From a virus (Duplodnaviria; Caudoviricetes), in IMG/VR virus record IMGVR_UViG_3300036778_000133, positions 1-29,799 of that record: a stretch of DNA of 29,799 nt. The stretch is one strand, 5' to 3'. Positions 18,183 through 25,695 of this stretch are shown one piece after another. The notes below the pieces were generated by a model. That model did not search any database and was not told the DNA's origin. It worked only from the letters and a program-made list of their open reading frames with translations. Position 1 is the first letter of the stretch. Each line of letters opens with the position of its first letter. A program made the translations under genes and the position numbers.

Positions 18183-18582
18183 TCTCTTCACTCTCTCCTG
18201 GCGGCGGCGCATCCTTGCCACCCGCTCCGGCCTTTGCCTCGCCACTCATCCCAAACGACGTCAGGTAGCGCAGCATCATGTTGTGCATTGCCGGCGTCCC
18301 GCGCTTGGAATCAATCTCGTATTGCAGAAGGCAGGCGTTCTTCAGACTGGTGCGCTGCCGGCGGGTGATGCAGCCCTTGGGAGCATCGGCCAGAAGCCCG
18401 TTCCAGATGGCGAGCAGATCGATCGACATCTGCGAATGCGGGTTGAGGAACTCGGCCGGCGGATCGCCCACGCTGCGCGTGTCGACCGTCTCCTGCATGC
18501 GCTCCCGGTAGCGGCCAGGGTTCTTCTTGGTCGCTCCCTTCAGCTTCAGCAGCTCCAGCGGCTGTGCAGGCCTTCCCCTCAT
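18133..18582 (-). CDS. terS: Terminase small subunit (P27-like)
   Basis: MRGRP..P..L..LKG...NP, PP..L and FGMS motifs; directly upstream of TerL. Confidence 0.8.
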   Translation of the reverse strand: MRGRPAQPLELLKLKGATKKNPGRYRERMQETVDTRSVGDPPAEFLNPHSQMSIDLLAIWNGLLADAPKGCITRRQRTSLKNACLLQYEIDSKRGTPAMHNMMLRYLTSFGMSGEAKAGAGGKDAPPPGESEESGWKAFAREDKASRAG

Positions 18583-18699
18583 TGCGATTACCCCTTACGC
18601 GCCGCGTCCACGCGGCGGAAAGCCGCTCCTAGACCGGCTGCAACGCGTCTAACCCATGTTTCACAGCGCCAATGCAACCGTGCGCATTTTCTTGCCTGA

Positions 18700-18790
18700 T
18701 TTCGGCCAAAACGCTAATTTTGTGGAACTAAAAATTTGCCTGGCATGCGGTCTAGCGCCGCGCCGAACCTGAAGGATTTCCGGCCCCCCC
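18700..18790 (-). other. Candidate cos region
   Basis: Between HNH and terS: GGGGGG..AAATC...AGACCGCATGCCAGGC followed by an AT-rich tract, the usual context for 3' cos ends in HK97-like phages. Confidence 0.5.
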
Positions 18791-19141
18791 GGTACGTGCC
18801 CAACGCTCTCGCCACGTCTTCTTCACGTGGCAGCTATGGCATGTGGATTCCAGGTTCTTCCTGTCGAGCCTTCCGCCGCCGTCCGCCAGGGAGACGATGT
18901 GATCCACTTCGGACGCGGCCACCGTCTTGCTTTTGCGCTTGCATGGCTGGCACAGATGGCGATCGCGCTCCAGCACCTCGCGCTTGACCTTGTCCCACGC
19001 CGCGTCATACCCACGCGATGCCGCCGTGCCGCGGTGCTTGTCATAGAGCTGCGCCGTCTTCGCATGCTCCGCGCAATATCCCTTCGCGACCAGTCCCGCG
19101 CAACCTGGCTGCAGACACGGCCGCTTCGCCGCAAATGGCAT
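18752..19141 (-). CDS. HNH endonuclease (HK97 gp74-like terminase partner)
   Basis: RGY...W, CQPC, VDHI, NL and CHSCH motifs; upstream of terS. Confidence 0.93.
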   Translation of the reverse strand: MPFAAKRPCLQPGCAGLVAKGYCAEHAKTAQLYDKHRGTAASRGYDAAWDKVKREVLERDRHLCQPCKRKSKTVAASEVDHIVSLADGGGRLDRKNLESTCHSCHVKKTWRERWARTGGAGNPSGSARR

Positions 19142-19348
19142 TCAATCCGCTTTCAGCTTCGCTGGCGGCTTCTGATACTTATCCCAATTCGCTGCCAGGA
19201 ACTGCAGCCAGTCGTGACCCCACCGCGTGAAGTATCCACAATTCTCCGGCAGCGCCGGCATCGTGGACATCGCTCCACTGAACAGATACGCCGCAAGCAG
19301 CCAGAGCGTGGTCATGTGATCTCGATAGAACGCATGCAATGTCGTCAT
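19142..19348 (-). CDS. Small membrane protein, possible holin
   Basis: ATG 19348 overlaps the upstream stop (ATGA); one TM, an amphipathic helix and a basic tail; in the lysis region. Confidence 0.6.
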   Translation of the reverse strand: MTTLHAFYRDHMTTLWLLAAYLFSGAMSTMPALPENCGYFTRWGHDWLQFLAANWDKYQKPPAKLKAD

Positions 19349-19989
19349 AGCGGATTGAACACATGCGCCACATCCAGCGCGCCATGCCACACGCGCCGCA
19401 CCCACGTCGGATGCGTCATCGCATGCACTTCCTGCTGCACATCCTTCGCACTCGCTTCCAGCGATGCGGTAGTCGCATCGATGTGCTGCAACGACTGCGC
19501 GATCGCCGGATCGTTCACTCTTGCATCCAGATCCGCTTCCACTGTCTGCAGCTGCACCAACGATGCGCGTGCCTGCTCCATCACCGGCTGCAGGCCGCGC
19601 ACCGTCGCATCGGTTGTCGTCAGCACGCCCACAGCGCTCTGCGCTATCTGCTGCTGACTGGTCCCAATGCCGCGGGTTGTCATGCGCGCTTCGTCCAGCA
19701 GCGCGTTTGCCGATCGCAGTGTCGCCTCGGTCTGCGCTGTCAGTTGCGGCAGCGCCTTGCGCTCATCGGCAGAGGCTTTGCGCGCTTCCATCGCCGTCAG
19801 CCCAGCTTCGAGCGTCAGATGATGCGCATCGTCTAGCAACAGCGATGTTTTCTTCGTCATGCTTTGCAGCTGCTGGTTGGCATCCTGCAGCGCATGGCGT
19901 ACCTGCAACACCAGCAGCAGGATGCCCACGCATACCGCAATCCCGCTCATCAGCGCGAACGCTTCCAGGATCGCCAGCATGCGACTCAT
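19345..19989 (-). CDS. Membrane-anchored coiled-coil protein, possibly spanin-like
   Basis: N-terminal TM followed by long Ala/Gln/Leu heptad helices; in the lysis region. Confidence 0.6.
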   Translation of the reverse strand: MSRMLAILEAFALMSGIAVCVGILLLVLQVRHALQDANQQLQSMTKKTSLLLDDAHHLTLEAGLTAMEARKASADERKALPQLTAQTEATLRSANALLDEARMTTRGIGTSQQQIAQSAVGVLTTTDATVRGLQPVMEQARASLVQLQTVEADLDARVNDPAIAQSLQHIDATTASLEASAKDVQQEVHAMTHPTWVRRVWHGALDVAHVFNPL

Positions 19990-19995
19990 GGTTGC

Positions 19996-20205
19996 CTATT
20001 GGTCGAACTTTGCATTCCCAATCGCATTGCCCACAGCGCTGGCCAAACGATTCCACCAGCGCTGTGGTGGATTGTCATTGGTCCATGAGACCTTTTCGCG
20101 GCTGGTGGCTTGGATCCCACAATGCCTGCCGGTATGCCCTTTCGCGCGATCGCAATAGACAAGTTCCGGCGCATTGAATGCGTCGCACCGCACTAGATCT
20201 TCCAT
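19996..20205 (-). CDS. Hypothetical protein (C/H-rich)
   Basis: Fills the operon gap; ATG abuts the upstream stop; C..C...GH.G.H pattern. Confidence 0.6.
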   Translation of the reverse strand: MEDLVRCDAFNAPELVYCDRAKGHTGRHCGIQATSREKVSWTNDNPPQRWWNRLASAVGNAIGNAKFDQ

Positions 20206-20613
20206 CTAGGCGGCAGCCGGTGCCGGAACGGATGTCAGAATCGCATCCACTTCGCCCACGATGGTGGATACAGTCAGCTTGGTTCCCGGATCCTTGATCT
20301 CCGCCAGCTGCTCCAATCCCTGCAGGTTGGTTTTGATCGAGACCAGCGTATTCCGCAGCAGCGTGATCGCATTCACGTTGCCCGGCGCTGCTTGGATCTG
20401 ACCCAGCGTCACAGCCGCCACGCCGAAGTCCGTCTTGATCTCGTTCATGATGCCGGTGACTTCCTGGCCTACACCAGGTCCTCCCGCTTGAACGGCCAGC
20501 GTCTCCACTAGCGGTGCTGACAATTGAATGGCGACTTGCGCCGCATGCGTCCAGTCGGTGTTGGTAAACACCTTCTTAAAGAACGCCAACGCACCATGGA
20601 AAAATGATTTCAT
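20206..20613 (-). CDS. Hypothetical protein with an amphipathic N-terminus
   Basis: GAGGAG RBS; MKSFFHGALAFFKKVF. Confidence 0.8.
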   Translation of the reverse strand: MKSFFHGALAFFKKVFTNTDWTHAAQVAIQLSAPLVETLAVQAGGPGVGQEVTGIMNEIKTDFGVAAVTLGQIQAAPGNVNAITLLRNTLVSIKTNLQGLEQLAEIKDPGTKLTVSTIVGEVDAILTSVPAPAAA

Positions 20614-20630
20614 CGTGTTGCTCCTCTCAC

Positions 20631-20667
20631 AAAAATCGGGCCAGCAGCCTTCTCAAACCACTGGCCC
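20631..20667 (-). terminator. Intrinsic terminator-like hairpin
   Basis: GGGCCAGUGGUUU-GAGA-AGGCUGCUGGCCC followed by GAUUUUU. Confidence 0.55.
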
Positions 20668-20731
20668 AGACGCTTCAGCTGCCTTGGCTCTCCACCCTTC
20701 GGTGGAGGCATCGTCTAGCGCACAGTGGGCG

Positions 20732-20932
20732 CTATATCTCTCGCAACTCCAGCTCGAATCGCTGCCCCTGCGCAAAGCGATCGGCCAGCTCCGGATTCGT
20801 CACCATCATGGCGACCGCTGCCGTCGCATCCACGCCTGGCTCATCCATCGATTCCAGCACCACCCACACCCAGCGGCGGGCTGCATCGCATCGCCGGACG
20901 TCCATGACCCGGAATCGTCCGCAGATCGGCAT
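20732..20932 (-). CDS. Small beta-rich hypothetical protein
   Basis: AGGGA RBS; resembles the upstream gene. Confidence 0.7.
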   Translation of the reverse strand: MPICGRFRVMDVRRCDAARRWVWVVLESMDEPGVDATAAVAMMVTNPELADRFAQGQRFELELREI

Positions 20933-20941
20933 GCTGTCCCT

Positions 20942-21187
20942 CTAGCGAAGCGGCGGCGCCGTTTTGTCTGCTGGCTGGTCGGCCATCGGGCTGATGGTGA
21001 TCATCACTTCCGCATCCGTATCAAAGCCCGCCAGGAACTTCGGATCCTGCACGATGAGATCGAACTGCCCGGCAAAGATCTCATCCGTCACCTGCGTGGA
21101 CTGCATGCGGACCAACCGGTGTCCAGCGCGCCTCCCGCTGAACTTGTGCACTTCTGCCACTCGAAACACACCGCGAATCCCGGCCAT
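20942..21187 (-). CDS. Small beta-rich hypothetical protein
   Basis: Preferred start ATG 21187 (GGGAG RBS): MAGIRGVFRVAEV. Confidence 0.7.
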   Translation of the reverse strand: MAGIRGVFRVAEVHKFSGRRAGHRLVRMQSTQVTDEIFAGQFDLIVQDPKFLAGFDTDAEVMITISPMADQPADKTAPPLR

Positions 21188-21252
21188 TGTCCCGCTCCCT
21201 ATGCAGCGCTCAGCATCAGCGCTTCCATCGTCCGTGGCCCGCGTTCCAAACT

Positions 21253-21732
21253 TCACGCCACACTCACCGGTGGCTCGAATATGTCACTGTGCGCGTGGTA
21301 AATCTCGATGCACGTTTGCGCGCGCGTGGAGCTGGTGGACCAGCGCTTCGATACATTCGTCACGAAATCTTCTGGCGTCATAGATGCCAGCGCTGCCGCA
21401 TATTCCGGAAACGTCCCTGCCAGGCGATGCAGCGTATGCATTCGATCCGCGAAGCTCTCCGCGAATGACGGATACCAGACGAACACTGCCGTCTGCTTGA
21501 CGCGCTGCCCATTGATCTCTTCCCATGTTTCACGGCTTGCGCGCGGATAGGCGCAGCCTCTGTACCACTTCTCTTCGAATAGGTTGTGATACTCCGAGAC
21601 AAACGGATCCTTCATCCACGACGTCTCGACCATCGCCTCGCATGCGGCCATCGCAGGAAAGATGTGGCCAGACTTCTGCGCTTCCGCGTAAATCAATCGC
21701 AGCGATTCCAATTGCTGAGCTGTTGCCATCAA
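21253..21732 (-). CDS. Endolysin, GH73 glucosaminidase/FlgJ-like
   Basis: AMVETSW, NLF..K, TWEEING, F..Y.SF.ES..D and WST motifs align with the GH73 pattern. Confidence 0.8.
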   Translation of the reverse strand: MMATAQQLESLRLIYAEAQKSGHIFPAMAACEAMVETSWMKDPFVSEYHNLFEEKWYRGCAYPRASRETWEEINGQRVKQTAVFVWYPSFAESFADRMHTLHRLAGTFPEYAAALASMTPEDFVTNVSKRWSTSSTRAQTCIEIYHAHSDIFEPPVSVA

Positions 21733-22094
21733 TGCCTCGCCAACGCATTCGCAATCAGTGCTTCACCGGCACCACCGGCCAGCGCCGTCATTGCCGCGCC
21801 GATCAGCACCCACATCACCCGCGCCACATTCCAATACGCGCCCGCCTGCGCCCCGGCCTGCAGTCCGGCTTGCTCCAGGCGGCTGATGCGTTGTTCATGG
21901 TTTTCCGTTTTCGATTCCACTTGCAGGAAGCGGCCCTTTTCGCTTTCCACCGTCAGATCGCCAAACAGCTTGATGTTGATGTAGTCGACGGCAGACCGCG
22001 TGGCCCGCACCTCTGCCAGCAGCTGCTGCTCCAGCTGCACCTGTAGGGTTGTCTCCACGGCCGGAACCAGTTTTTGCTCCATCGCGTTCTCCAC
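21729..22094 (-). CDS. Coiled-coil protein with a C-terminal TM (holin/antiholin-like)
   Basis: HEQRISRLE followed by a hydrophobic segment; immediately upstream of the endolysin. Confidence 0.6.
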   Translation of the reverse strand: MENAMEQKLVPAVETTLQVQLEQQLLAEVRATRSAVDYINIKLFGDLTVESEKGRFLQVESKTENHEQRISRLEQAGLQAGAQAGAYWNVARVMWVLIGAAMTALAGGAGEALIANALARH

Positions 22095-22108
22095 TGGCCC
22101 GATGCCTC

Positions 22109-22420
22109 TTACTGAAACCGCATCGGCATCCGCACGTTGCCGCTCAACATGCCTACCGCCCGATCCGCCACAGCCGAAACGTAACTGCGATTCTCCGGCA
22201 GCGGCACCGGCGCGGCCTCTCGCGCCTTCGCTTTCGCCGCGCGCCGCTTGCAGCCCTCACACACACCACGCAGCATGCTTTGCCCATCCGCATTCACCGG
22301 GCGAAAGAACATGCGCGTGCACCACTCGCAGATCTTGGCCTCGACGCGCTCGCCTTCCACGTTGCCGGCCTCAAAGTTCAGCGGACTGCCGCCGCCGCCA
22401 TGTCCGAAAGAGAGCGTCAT
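22109..22420 (-). CDS. Hypothetical Zn-ribbon protein
   Basis: CEWC...CEGC; ATGA overlap. Confidence 0.7.
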   Translation of the reverse strand: MTLSFGHGGGGSPLNFEAGNVEGERVEAKICEWCTRMFFRPVNADGQSMLRGVCEGCKRRAAKAKAREAAPVPLPENRSYVSAVADRAVGMLSGNVRMPMRFQ

Positions 22421-22905
22421 TGCGCTGCAGCCATCTCTGGCACTCTCGGATACACCCGCACCGCGCGATCATGGATGCCGCGTTTCTTCATATCGTGAAA
22501 GTTGGCGGAGTGCGTGTAACTCGCCACCACCGTGCGCACCTTCTCCACAAAGTCCATCTCCGGCATTAGCCGGCCGCTCTTCGGATGCACCCGGCTGCCG
22601 CGTTCTTCGTCGCTCATGTGCGCGGTATGCGAAGCGCCCATCAGCCCGGCATTGGCTTTCATCTCAGCCTCGCCCAGCGCAGCCCGCGACGCATCCTGCG
22701 ACGGCACCGGAACCACGTTGCACTCCACCGGCTGGTAACCCACATGCGCGCCGGTTTCATCCGTCACGCGACGCCAGCGGCCTTGCGACACCAGGGCCTC
22801 GCCCTTGCGATAGCTGGTGCGGCGCGTGGCGCTCCATCCCAGCGTGGTGTTGGAAGAGAAAATCAGGAATTCAGAATGAGCAGAACGATGGGCTGGTCGG
22901 GCCAT
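22417..22905 (-). CDS. Hypothetical protein, likely first gene of the late operon
   Basis: 162-aa ORF coupled to the next gene; no clear RBS. Confidence 0.7.
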   Translation of the reverse strand: MARPAHRSAHSEFLIFSSNTTLGWSATRRTSYRKGEALVSQGRWRRVTDETGAHVGYQPVECNVVPVPSQDASRAALGEAEMKANAGLMGASHTAHMSDEERGSRVHPKSGRLMPEMDFVEKVRTVVASYTHSANFHDMKKRGIHDRAVRVYPRVPEMAAAQ

Positions 22906-22961
22906 GGCAAGCAGCCACAGCGGAAGATGCAGGTGGTGAACCGAGGAAGAACGCCGCAGGC

Positions 22962-22994
22962 AAAAGCAAAGCCGTCAGCAGGAAGCGGACGGCC
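22962..22994 (-). terminator. Intrinsic terminator in the late leader
   Basis: GGCCGUC...GACGGCU stem followed by UUGCUUUUG. Confidence 0.6.
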
Positions 22995-23163
22995 TGGGAG
23001 ATGCCAGTGCTGCGGTTGTTACAGGAATACGAAACTTACGATTTGAAACTGCGCACTCTCGCGGGCCATGCCTGAATCCACGATACGGCTGTGGAGGCGC
23101 GCTGCAAACTTCGCAGATCAGTTGTCTGGTGAACGATTCGGAATCTAACCGATAGCGCACCGT

Positions 23164-23442
23164 TCATGCAACATTTTTTTTGGGAACGCTTTTCCTCACA
23201 CGCTTTCCGCGATGCAGAATCGGAAGGTCACACTCTTCGCGGAAGCGATGCAGCGTGTTGCGATGAATGCCCAGCTCCGCGGCTGCACGGAATCCATTGC
23301 CTCCATGCCGAGCCAGCGCTGCCGAGACAAAGTGTCGCCGGAAGACCAACTCCGCATCCGCATAGCGAATCATCCCGCCCGCGCGCATCAGGTCCACCAT
23401 GCGGGCCATCTCTTTGGCAAACTCGGTCTCCATCGCGTCCAT
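23164..23442 (-). CDS. Fis-family HTH DNA-binding protein
   Basis: AALARHGGNGFRAAAELGIHRNTL matches the HTH_8 pattern. Confidence 0.9.
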   Translation of the reverse strand: MDAMETEFAKEMARMVDLMRAGGMIRYADAELVFRRHFVSAALARHGGNGFRAAAELGIHRNTLHRFREECDLPILHRGKRVRKSVPKKNVA

Positions 23443-23448
23443 CCCCCG

Positions 23449-23748
23449 CTACTGCGAGCTCTTCGGCTTCGCGGGCTCTCCGCTGCAGCCCACCACCTGC
23501 TCATCCTGGTTCAGCACCGGCATCTTCGCCTTCGGACAGACACAGGCGCGCGTCCCATAGTCGGTGCCATCCTCGCACTGCAAGTGCGCATAGCAGGCGG
23601 CGTATTCCACGTTGTCCTTGTTGTTGCGGACCGCCGCCGTCCCCGTACTGCAATGGCGCGCGATCGGCGGAATGCTCTCCCAAATCCGCAGCGGCTTGGC
23701 CTGCGTCTCCGGTGTCCACAGCAACAGCAATATCCATGCATGCATCAT
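23449..23748 (-). CDS. Small Cys-rich protein with a possible signal peptide
   Basis: AAGGAG RBS; hydrophobic N-terminus; six Cys. Confidence 0.65.
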   Translation of the reverse strand: MMHAWILLLLWTPETQAKPLRIWESIPPIARHCSTGTAAVRNNKDNVEYAACYAHLQCEDGTDYGTRACVCPKAKMPVLNQDEQVVGCSGEPAKPKSSQ

Positions 23749-23773
23749 GTGTGTCTCCTTTCGATTTGAAACG

Positions 23774-24148
23774 TCAATCGGCCTGTTCTATCCATGCCGT
23801 CAGGGCGTCTCGCAGCCCCGTTACCTGCTTCAAAGTGAGGACCACCGTGCACTGCTGATCTTCGGTGTCTATGCCGATGCGTAGCCACTTGTGCCAGCCG
23901 TCTTCAGGTCCATTGTCCCGGCCATTCCGCGTGATGTGTCCAGGAATTGCTCCGAGGTCCACACTGCCTGCGCGTTCGTCGCGGTTCGATGGGAGGATGT
24001 GGCTTCCCTGATATTTGATCGGTGCGCTCCCGCAAGTGCAGGCCTTTGTATCGTCCTGCTTGTACAGGCCTTTCCCGACCTTGCGGATACGTTTGCATCG
24101 ATTCGAGTGCTGAAGCCCCAGGTTGAAAGTGGTGCAGTAGATGCTCAT
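23774..24148 (-). CDS. Hypothetical phage protein
   Basis: Preferred start ATG 24148 (MSIYCT); YQGSHILPS...IPGHI. Confidence 0.75.
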   Translation of the reverse strand: MSIYCTTFNLGLQHSNRCKRIRKVGKGLYKQDDTKACTCGSAPIKYQGSHILPSNRDERAGSVDLGAIPGHITRNGRDNGPEDGWHKWLRIGIDTEDQQCTVVLTLKQVTGLRDALTAWIEQAD

Positions 24149-24152
24149 CGCG

Positions 24153-24566
24153 TCAATCGCCCGCCACAGCCAGCGCCGGAACCGGCGCCACCCTACGTGG
24201 CCCACGCTTGCGCGGGATGAACGTGCGAACCCATTCGTACAGATCCGCCATCGTCGTCTGCTCGTAAACGAAATTCGCGCGCGGCGCCAGGCACATTCGC
24301 GCGTTGAAGCTCTGCAGCCGCGTGACCAGCAGAATCGGCGTCTCCGCATGCACCGCTTTCATCCGCTCCGCCAGCGCCTCCCACTCGCGCAGCATGCCGT
24401 CGGCAAAGCCCAGCACCAGGTCCACACCCAGCGCATGCAGCGCCCCGGCCGCATCGGCATCCTGCGCCGTCAGCACGCGATAGCCGTTGGTCTCCAGCGC
24501 AAACTTCTGCACGCTCAGCTGCACCTCATCCGCATTCACCACCAGGATCGTTTTTCTTGGTCTCAT
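24153..24566 (-). CDS. Degenerate response-regulator receiver domain with a basic RKRGPRR tail
   Basis: Start ATG 24566 (ATGA overlap); ILVV, LETNGYRVLTA, VDLVL and PILLVT give the CheY-like pattern. Confidence 0.85.
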   Translation of the reverse strand: MRPRKTILVVNADEVQLSVQKFALETNGYRVLTAQDADAAGALHALGVDLVLGFADGMLREWEALAERMKAVHAETPILLVTRLQSFNARMCLAPRANFVYEQTTMADLYEWVRTFIPRKRGPRRVAPVPALAVAGD

Positions 24567-25390
24567 CGCATCGCCCCTATCGCACTGCATCCATCGCTCG
24601 GCCCACGCCTTCGCCGCATGCGGCCTGGCGGGCTCGGCGTGCACGGCGGCTCCACATGCGTCACACGGCCGTCCCGCACCACGGCACGTCCATCGCGCAG
24701 CGCTTTCAGCTTCGCTTCCTGCCAGCGCACCTGCTCGGCACGTGTCGCAAACTTCGGCGGGCTGCCATCACCACCGCTGCTCAGCTCCCCGCGAAACGAA
24801 ATCGCCAACGCGATCGCATCCCCCTCCGTGGAGGGGGTAGGGGGTGGTGTGTTTTGTTTGTCTTGCTGTTTTGAGTAATAAGAAGTTGGCTGCGCCTGTA
24901 CGGACCCAGATCTGGCTCTCTGCAGCGCCAGATCCGGTTCTTCGCTGTCCCCCCCAGGGCCAGATGCATCCAGCAATCTGTCCCCCACAGGGCCAGCCGC
25001 CGCCACGCGCAGGGCAGCCGCCTGCTCGGCCGAGAAAACGTAGCTCACCCGGCGCGAATCGTAGCTGGCGCCATGGTGCATGGCCAGCTCTTTCAGATCG
25101 GCCAGGTGGTATTCCGCCGCCTTGCGCTGGCCGCCGCCCACCGCGCGCAGCATCCCCACGCGCTCCATCACCCGCAGCGAGCGCAGCACCGTGTTCTTGG
25201 ATTTGCCGCACTCCGCCGCCAGCTCCCGCGAGCTGCACCGGATCTCCGTCCCATAGCAGTGCCGCGTCATCTGCACATACACCAGCACGGCGTCCGCGCC
25301 AATCACCGGACCAAAGGCGTCATAGAGCTCGTTGTCCTGCCAGCAGTGCCCTGGCTTGCGCTTGTCTCGTAGTCGAACGTCGTTCATCAT
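24563..25390 (-). CDS. Replication initiator with an N-terminal winged HTH
   Basis: A..VY..M...S.RELA.ECG.SKNTV.RSL..ME..G.L, followed by an iteron-coding linker and PPPTP. Confidence 0.75.
   Translation of the reverse strand: MMNDVRLRDKRKPGHCWQDNELYDAFGPVIGADAVLVYVQMTRHCYGTEIRCSSRELAAECGKSKNTVLRSLRVMERVGMLRAVGGGQRKAAEYHLADLKELAMHHGASYDSRRVSYVFSAEQAAALRVAAAGPVGDRLLDASGPGGDSEEPDLALQRARSGSVQAQPTSYYSKQQDKQNTPPPTPSTEGDAIALAISFRGELSSGGDGSPPKFATRAEQVRWQEAKLKALRDGRAVVRDGRVTHVEPPCTPSPPGRMRRRRGPSDGCSAIGAMR
24846..24996. promoter_or_regulatory. Putative phage replication origin
   Basis: 19-bp repeats ctgtccccc(c/a)cagggccag at 24945 and 24978; looser ctg..ccag copies at 24912 and 24890; adjacent AT-rich tract at about 24850-24887. 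Confidence 0.65.
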
Positions 25391-25428
25391 GCGTTCCCGC
25401 TTCCCGCCTCAAAGTGCTGCAGTGCTGC

Positions 25429-25695
25429 TTACGACGCCAATCGCCTCGTAGGCCCGTGGCCGCGCCCGGCGACCAGCAAACCGTCCGAGCTTTTCGATTC
25501 AAAGAACTCGCCGCCCTCTGCACTGCCGACAGCTTCGAGGAACTGGATCTCGACCTTCGCTGTGTTGATCACCGTCTGCGCTACCTCGCTGATCGCCCTG
25601 GCGCGTTCGATCTCCATGGGGTTATCCCGGTCCTTAAGCGCTTCGAGCGTCTCGAAGAGATGGTTCCGTAGATCCGACAACTTGTTTTTCGCCAC
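25429..25695 (-). CDS. Conserved phage protein (KNKLSDLRNHLF type)
   Basis: N.L.DL..HLF..LE.L...EIERA.AI...A..I pattern, usually found next to this HNH type. Confidence 0.85.
   Translation of the reverse strand: MAKNKLSDLRNHLFETLEALKDRDNPMEIERARAISEVAQTVINTAKVEIQFLEAVGSAEGGEFFESKSSDGLLVAGRGHGPTRRLAS

Noticed and set aside
1-22905. Alternative genetic code (TAG reassigned)
   Set aside because: Conserved genes are full length under code 11, and the TAG codons fall at the expected protein ends
23050-23070. Possible sigma-54 promoter (TGGC...TGC) near the Fis-like gene
   Set aside because: The GG-GC spacing is 11 rather than the required 10, and the HTH protein has no AAA+ domain
22975-23160. 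61-aa minus-strand ORF in the late leader
   Set aside because: No RBS or motif, and it runs into the terminator hairpin; more likely non-coding
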